12,866 nt of DNA from contig CATOCA020000054.1 in assembly GCA_951406725.2 (NCBI GenBank), positions 1 to 12,866 on the forward strand, in the 5' to 3' direction. This document shows positions 1 through 12,866 of the stretch, piece after piece; the first letter of the stretch is position 1; every line of letters begins with the position of its first letter. The DNA is from Octopus vulgaris. Its lineage: Eukaryota. Made by a program: the position numbers and the translations under genes. The notes beneath the pieces are model-generated. The model made no database searches, was not told the DNA's origin, and was given only the letters and a program-made list of their open reading frames with translations.

Positions 1-140
1 ATAATATTCAATGTGGCAATTATGTAAAAACTTTTTTGAATTCATAATATTCAATGTTACTTTTGACAATCTTTTTCCAAAGAGTGAAACCGGTTAAGTA
101 AATAAACATCTTTTTAAATTGCATTTTCAAACCTTCTTTC

Positions 141-976
<836 letters not shown>

Positions 977-2817
977 CCGGTTCCGTTTTCCGCAGAGAAA
1001 GACGCATTATTGCCTTTGCTCTGTGAAAAAGTTTGCATAGAAACGGCGAAATAACCCACTGTAGTTGCAAAACGTAAAACTCTAAGTCATAGAGATCACT
1101 ACAACACTTTGGTTAAAAATATTTTTAAAAATATATATATAAATATATACATATACACAGTAATTTTCATTTTCGCCGAAACGCACATGGTGCAAAAATA
1201 ACTGAATCAAGTTATCTCCTGCAAGAAAGAAAAAAGAAGCATCTCTCCTGAAAAAAATCCCGTAAACCAAAAAAAAAATAATCCAGACCACATTGTTGGA
1301 TTAAGTATCAATTTCATCTATTTCATATTTTATTTATTATTCTATTTTATCTTTCACTTAGGCCCACATCTTAGTTAAAGTTGCGATCGTCATTTTGTTT
1401 GTTTACATTTTCAATATCTGTTCTCGATATAATAATTTTCCAGATACTCTATCTTCTAATTAGCCTTAAGATTAAATTAAATAACGTTTAATATTGATAC
1501 CGTCAAATTAGCCTTAGGATTAAATTAAATAACGTTTAATATTGTTTAATATTGTTAATAATTATTGTTAATTAGCCTTAAGATTAAATTAAATAACGTT
1601 TAATATTGTTTTAATATTGTTAATAATCTTTCAGATACTCTATCTTCTAATTAGCCTTAAGATTAAATTAAATAACGTTTAATATTGATACCGTCAAATT
1701 AGCCTTAGGATTAAATTAAATAACGTTTAATATTGTTTAATATTGTTAATAATTATTGTTAATTAGCCTTAAGATTAAATTAAATAACGTTTAATATTGT
1801 TTAATATTGTTAATAATTATTGTTAATTAGCCTTAAGATTAAATTAAATAACGTTTAATATTAATAACGTTTAATATTGTTTAATATTGTTAATAATTAC
1901 TGTTAATTAGCCTTAAGATTAAATTAAATAACGTTTAATATTGTTAATAATTATTGTTAATTAGCCTTAGGATTAAATTAAATAACGTTTAATATTGTTT
2001 AATATTGTTAATAATTATTGTTAATTAGCCTTAAGATTAAATTAAATAACGTTTAATATTGTTAATAATTCTTCAGATACTCTATCTTCTAATTAGCCTT
2101 AAGATTAAATTAAATAACGTTTAATATTACCCACACTCTAATATAATATTTACATTGCTAATATATTTTCAGATACTCTATCTCCTGATTAGCCTTAAGA
2201 TTAACTAACGTTTTTATCCACACTCTAATATAATATTAATATTGCTAATATATTTTCAGATACTCTATCTTCTAATTAGCCTTAAGATTAAATTAAATAA
2301 CGTTTAATATTACCCACACTCTAATATAATATTAATATTGCTAATATATTTTCAGATACTCTGTCTTCTAATTAGCCTTAAGATTAAATTAAATAACGTT
2401 TAATATTACCCACACTCTAATATAATATTAATATTGCTAATATATTTTCAGATACTCTATCTCCAAATTAGCCTTAAGATTAAATAACGTTTTTTTTTTT
2501 TTTACCCACACTCTAATATAATATTAATATTGCTAATATATTTTCAGATACTCTATCTCCTAATTAGCCTTAAGATTAAACAACGTTTTTATCCACACTC
2601 TAACATAATATTAATATTGCTAATACATTTTCAGATACTCTATCCCCTAATTAGCCTTAAGATTAAATAACGTTTTTACCCAAATAACGTTTTTACACAA
2701 ACTTTAATATTGTTAATATTTCTTTTTCAAGTACTCTATCTTCTAATTAGTCTTAATATCTTCCTGTCTTCTCTCGAACATAATTAGATAGATAAACGGA
2801 TAGACGGATTATCCAGC
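977..2817 (+). promoter_or_regulatory. Putative 5' UTR / internal promoter of the LINE
   Basis: Lies between the TA flank and the ORF start (CCAGC-ATG, A at -3). I found only one + strand ATG (1187, 4-codon uORF MVQK*). It contains 5' stem-loops and a monomer array. Promoter function is inferred. Confidence 0.6.
1440..2758. repeat. AT-rich tandem monomer array, core TTAGCCTTA(A/G)GATTAA..AACGTTT, 17 copies plus 1 degenerate
   Basis: Core starts at 1460, 1508, 1572, 1651, 1699, 1763, 1827, 1907, 1961, 2025, 2093, 2189, 2276, 2372, 2468, 2564, 2651 and, degenerate, 2747. The 5' half has 48-80 bp units; the 3' half has 87/96 bp units carrying CCACACTCTAATATAATATT...TTCAGATACTCTATCT. Confidence 0.95.
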
Positions 2818-5800
2818 ATGTCCAGAGCATGGAGACGTGACGAGCTGGATTTATTCGTACGAGCATGGGAGTGCGCCGGCGGAGATAGCCCTAGGGAGGT
2901 GATTGCGGCTGCGCTGAAGAGCAGAGGCTACAAGAGGACAGCGGCTCAGATGGAGCGAAAGAGACAGGAATTCGTGCGCTCATATGCTCTTGTACGGTCG
3001 CACATTGGCGCACTTGATGCCATCTTTGAGAACGAGCGGGGCAAAGATGGCAAGAATGGAGACGATGAAAGAAGTCACCCCCACCTGGTGGACGCCCGGG
3101 AGGAGGTTTTGAATGAGAAACCTGCCCGGGAAGTGAACCCAGGTGCAAGTTCTCCAACCGGCAGCAAAGGCCATGGAGACGGAGAACCCGGTGAAGAGGT
3201 AGAGGGAGGAAGAAGAACTAAAAGAAGGACTGGAAGAGCTAAAGGAAAAGAAAAAGCTCAAGCAGGACCAAAGAGTGAAACAACCAGAAATAGAAGTGGA
3301 ACCGCAAAGGATGGAACCAAACAGCGCACACGGGTGTGTAGGTTCTACCTGAGAGGTTCCTGCTGGCATGGAAAGGAAGGTGCAGGCTGCCGCTTTGCAC
3401 ATCGGGGACCCTGCCACAGAGACACGAGGCAGATGGACAAACCATCAACACAAAGAAAAAGGGATGGACCACGCACCACCTGCCCCAAAGCGGAGGTACG
3501 CAGATGTTGTGCGCGTCACAAACAAGCCAACATGATGTTGTCGAAAGAGCAGCTGCTGAGCAACAATCTTTTTGTGCATGGCACAAAAGATTGTACAGCA
3601 GCTGACCTGGCTTCATCAAACCCAAGCCCGCAGGTGGGACTACCCACTATATACCAGACCACCACAGCAAACAGACACAGGATGGACACCGCCGGCAACA
3701 ACGTACACCTCACCTCGATACTCCTACTGAACATCAGAGGACTGCAAACACTCAGTAACAGGACAAAGATCCCGTTCCTGAGAGACTTTGTTGCATGCAA
3801 TCAAGCCATATGCATAGCACTTACAGAAACGCACCTGAAACCGGACATATCAGATGCGGAGTTACACATACCACAGTATGCTGTACTACGGACCGACAGG
3901 AAAAGAAAGGAGTCATGGATGTGTTGCTATGTACATCCGTGAGGACCTCACACCCCAGGTCCTCTTGTCATACTCAAACTCGGTGTGTGACACACTAATT
4001 GTACATATTAGGCAACTTGATGTAGTTGTGTGTGCTACATATCGCCCTCCAGATGCCCCAAGCCATGTGGGCAAGTTGAAGACTGCCTTATAAAAATAGA
4101 AGAAATTCTAACCACATTAGAACAACACATAGGTGTGCTTCTTATGGGAGACTTCAATCTGCCCAATGTCAGATGGCCCGAGGGCCTTTCTCTCCCAGGA
4201 ATGACAAGATGTGAACGAGGACAGGCGAGGTCCCTCCTGAACCTCATCAACACCCTGTACATGGAGCAGGTAATACTCCAACCAACCAGGGCAGGTAACA
4301 CACTGGATCTCTGCTTCACAAATGACATGGATCTCATCCATAATGTGAAAGTGACACCGACACTACTCTCGGATCACAACATGATAGAGCTGACCATGTA
4401 CGGGCCAAAAGAGAGCACGGACATGCAGCCTACAAGAAACCCTCAAAATCTTTCCAGCTTGAACTACCATAAGGCAAACTGGAAACAAATTGAGAAAGAG
4501 ATCCTCAAACAAAACTGGCCTAAATGTCTCTCCTCGCCAGACATCGACGTGAAACTTCAACAATTCATGTCTGTAATGCAAGCCATATGCTACAAATGTG
4601 TCCCAGAGAGAAAGGCCACTGTACACAAGAACAAAATCCCCAGAGAGAGGAAAATTTTAATGAGACGGCGTACGAAATTTTCAAATCGCCTAAACAAACA
4701 GATTGAAAGCAGTGAAAAGTCCCGCCTAAAAATAAAACTGTTGGAAATCGAAAAATGTCTGCAACTCTCCCATGAAAAAGAAAGAGCAGACAAAGAAGCC
4801 TGGAGCTATAGAAAACATAAAATCTAACCCCAGAGCTTTCTACAGGTATGCCAAAGAAACAGCTACAGTGCACTGTAGAATAGGGCCACTCCTCGAAAAG
4901 GATGGCACACTTACAGGAAAACCAATGAGGGTAAGTGAAATACTGAATGAGCAATTCAAGAGTGTTTTCACTCCACCCCTTGGGCATCTCCAAATCACCA
5001 ATCCAACTGACTTTTTTACCACTGCAGATATAAAATCAGAGGCGGCGACGATAGATTACATCGATATAAAGGAAGACGATGTAACCAAGGCTATAGATGA
5101 AATGAAAACAGACTCAGCTACTGGCCCCGATGGATTCCGGCAATCCTCCTAAAAGCATGTAAGAGAGTCCTAGCAAGACCACTGCAGTTCCTCTTTCAGA
5201 GCTTCCTTGCAGCTGGCAAACTTCCAGGAAAACTGAAGGAAGGTAAAATATGCCCCATTCATAAAGGAGGTAGCAGAGCGGAAGCCAAGAACTATAGACC
5301 TATCTCTCTGACCTCACACATCAGCAAGGTCATGGAACGAATAGTCAGAAGGAAGCTGATCACCTTCCTTGAAGAGAATGACTTGCTGCCCGACACCCAA
5401 CATGGTTTCCGACCAGGGAGAAGCTGTTTAACTCAGCTCCTACAACACTATGACTGGGTGCTGAAACGGCTGCTCAACCACTCAAATGTGGAAGTGATAT
5501 ATCTCGACTTTGCAAAGGCCTTTGATAAAGTCGATCATGGAATGATATGTCACAAACTGCGTGATCTCAACATAGTTGGAAAACTGGGAGAATGGCTTCA
5601 TGACTTTCTGAAGGATAGAAGTCAGGTGGTAGTAGCCAATGGGGCCACCTCCATTAACACACAAATAGTGAGCGGTGTTCCGCAGGGCACTGTTCTGGGA
5701 CCACTACTGTTCATAATGGCCCTCTCAGACATGCCCTCAGCCACGCAGAGAGCCACGATCACAAGTTATGCAGATGATACAAAAGTTTCACAGGCAATAC

Positions 5801-6678
5801 AGAACCCTGAGGACACTAAACACCTGCAATGTGAGCTGGACGAAATATACAAGTGGGCTGAAAAGAATAGCATGCAGTTCAATGCTGGAAAGTTTCAAGC
5901 TTTATACTATCAGCATGCAAAACTGAATGCAATACCCAATGAATACACTGGACCCGGAGGGATTGCAATCCCAGAGGCACAATCAGTGCGTGACCTGGGT
6001 ATTCACATGAGTGATGACGCGACCTTTCATGTACATGTTGCTAAACTGACAATGAAATGTAGACGGCTGGCTGGATGGATTCTTAGAACCTTTAGAACAA
6101 GAGAACAAGAAACCATGATGGTCCTCTGGAAGACACTTGTCCTAAGCCACTTTGACTATTGCTCTCAGCTATGGTCACCATCCAGTGTCAAGTTGATCAC
6201 AGAACTTGAGGCGATCCAACGAAGCTACACAAAGAAGATAGCCTCTATGCAGAATGTAAGCTACTGGGAAAGACTCAAGAGATTAAAATTATATTCCCTG
6301 GAGCGTAGGCGGGAAAGATATGCCATAATATACATCTGGAAGATCCTGGAGGGAAGTGTCCTGAACTTTGGCATCGAGAGTTACGCAAATGCCAGAACTG
6401 GGCGCCACTGCGTGGTGCCTAGGACTCCAAACCTGCCATCAAGATGTAGGACAAGATTCTGTGATAGCCTGGGCTTCCGAGGCCCACAGCTCTTCAATAT
6501 CCTCCCGAAGAACCTGAGAGACCTGCATGGGGTGGATACAGATGTCTTTAAAATGAAGCTGGATCTCTTCCTGTCAGGTGTCCCAGATGAACCAACTTCA
6601 CGGCAGGAGGGGCAGATGAGGGCAGCTGCATCGAACTCTCTCATGCACCAAATAGCAGTTGCTAGAAAGCCTCCATGA
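2818..6678 (+). CDS. LINE polyprotein (Myb/SANT-like, CCCH zinc finger, AP endonuclease, reverse transcriptase); 1286 aa when four 1-bp frameshifts are corrected
   Basis: ORF pieces 2818-3942, 3854-4093, 4030-4827, 4772-5152 and 5332-6678 join by +1 (~3901-3904), -1 (~4076), +1 (~4804) and -1 (~5137) indels. The joins read [20 protein letters not shown](F)[25 protein letters not shown] and GPDGF(P)AILLKACK...[19 protein letters not shown]. No in-frame stops remain after correction. Confidence 0.88.
2827..3003 (+). other. Myb/SANT-like (trihelix, Myb_DNA-bind_4-like) domain
   Basis: [13 protein letters not shown]...[30 protein letters not shown] follows the trihelix pattern W-x3-E-x2-L-x4-W ... 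IA-x2-L-x3-GY-x-RT-x2-Q-x3-K-x3-hydrophobic-x3-Y. It is divergent, lacking the helix-2 Trp and the QC..KW residues. Recognised by eye, no HMM run. Confidence 0.62.
3337..3402 (+). other. CCCH-type zinc finger (C-x7-C-x8-C-x3-H)
   Basis: [22 protein letters not shown], with the typical C-x-F-Y start and C-x-F-x-H end. It follows a Lys/Arg/Gly-rich low-complexity linker. Confidence 0.8.
3715..4395 (+). other. Apurinic/apyrimidinic-like endonuclease (EEP fold) domain
   Basis: Motifs in order: [46 protein letters not shown] (4369-4377). The catalytic N, E, Y, D, N, D and H residues are all present. Confidence 0.93.
5110..6010 (+). other. Non-LTR reverse transcriptase domain
   Basis: [62 protein letters not shown] (5767-5778), RDLGI. 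The downstream YCSQLWSP and [11 protein letters not shown] are typical of CR1-group C-termini. Confidence 0.97.
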
Positions 6679-6703
6679 AGTGAAACCAAGTAGCAACACC
6701 AAA

Positions 6704-6739
6704 TGGCGGTGCCCCAGCATGGCCACAGCTCATAAGCTG
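6704..6739 (+). other. 3' UTR tandem stem-loops (putative RT recognition element)
   Basis: TGGC-G-GTGC-CCCA-GCAT-G-GCCA (6704-6725), immediately followed by CAGCT-CATA-AGCTG (6726-6739), 7 nt upstream of the tail. Confidence 0.6.
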
Positions 6740-6746
6740 AAACTAG

Positions 6747-6761
6747 AATCAATCAATCAAT

Positions 6762-6762
<1 letters not shown>
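6747..6762 (+). repeat. (AATC)4 3' tail of the LINE
   Basis: AATCAATCAATCAATC starts 69 bp after the stop codon and abuts the TA array. Short tandem-repeat tails are typical of CR1/L2/RTE elements. Confidence 0.88.

Positions 6763-12774
<6,012 letters not shown>

Positions 12775-12798
<24 letters not shown>
12775..12798. repeat. (AG)12 microsatellite closing the compound array
   Basis: AGAGAG... directly follows the TA array and precedes unique sequence. Confidence 0.95.
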
Positions 12799-12799
<1 letters not shown>

Positions 12800-12866
12800 A
12801 AGTTGCATGCATTTATATAATATGTACAGTTGAGTGAGTGAGTGTTACTGAGTGATAGTAGGTACT

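Larger units (their letters stand above)
977..6762 (+). mobile_element. Non-LTR retrotransposon (LINE), APE-type, CR1/L2-group-like, apparently full length
   Basis: APE and RT domains lie in one reconstructed ORF. There are no LTRs, and no RNase H or C-terminal CCHC was recognised. The short 3' UTR ends in a tetranucleotide tail (AATC)4 rather than poly(A). Both sides are bounded by TA repeat. The 3' end is well supported; the 5' end at 977 is inferred from the repeat boundary, the candidate TSD and ATG depletion. Confidence 0.88.

Noticed and set aside
977-1060. HDV-like or hammerhead ribozyme (GGCGAAA resembles J4/2 or the GAAA core)
   Set aside because: There is no room for P1/P3/L3 upstream and no CUGANGA box; kept only as an unassigned structure.
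1082-1291. 69-aa minus-strand ORF and short internal TA run at ~1131-1157
   Set aside because: Low-complexity, non-ATG start and no motif.
1440-2758. CRISPR-like appearance (conserved core with variable linkers)
   Set aside because: The linkers are themselves repeated and related rather than unique spacers, there are no cas genes, and the context is eukaryotic.
3403-3520. Second zinc finger from scattered Cys/His (CHR...CPK...CC...H)
   Set aside because: The spacing fits no CCCH, CCHC or PHD pattern that I recognise.
3895-5145. Programmed ribosomal frameshifting
   Set aside because: The four shifts fall in both directions within or between conserved domains and have no convincing slippery site plus structure; errors or mutations are simpler.
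2891-6752. Short minus-strand and off-frame ORFs overlapping the polyprotein
   Set aside because: No recognisable motifs; these are shadow ORFs of the GC-richer coding region.

Overview
Eukaryotic, probably invertebrate animal, DNA (organism not determinable here). It holds one apparently full-length ~5.8 kb non-LTR retrotransposon (LINE, CR1/L2-group-like, + strand, ~977-6762) embedded in a very large (TA)n microsatellite (~0.84 kb left, ~6 kb right). The element has: a structured, ATG-poor ~1.84 kb 5' leader with an 18-copy AT-rich monomer array; a single ORF (2818-6678, 1286 aa after correcting four 1-bp indels); a short 3' UTR with two adjacent hairpins; and an (AATC)4 tail. The ORF fuses a Myb/SANT(trihelix)-like domain and a CCCH zinc finger directly to an AP-endonuclease and a reverse transcriptase. 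The most interesting points are this single-ORF Myb-CCCH-APE-RT architecture, possible (TA)n targeting with a candidate TSD, and the polarity switch of the microsatellite interruptions at the insertion site. All YIYI... ORFs are repeat artefacts.
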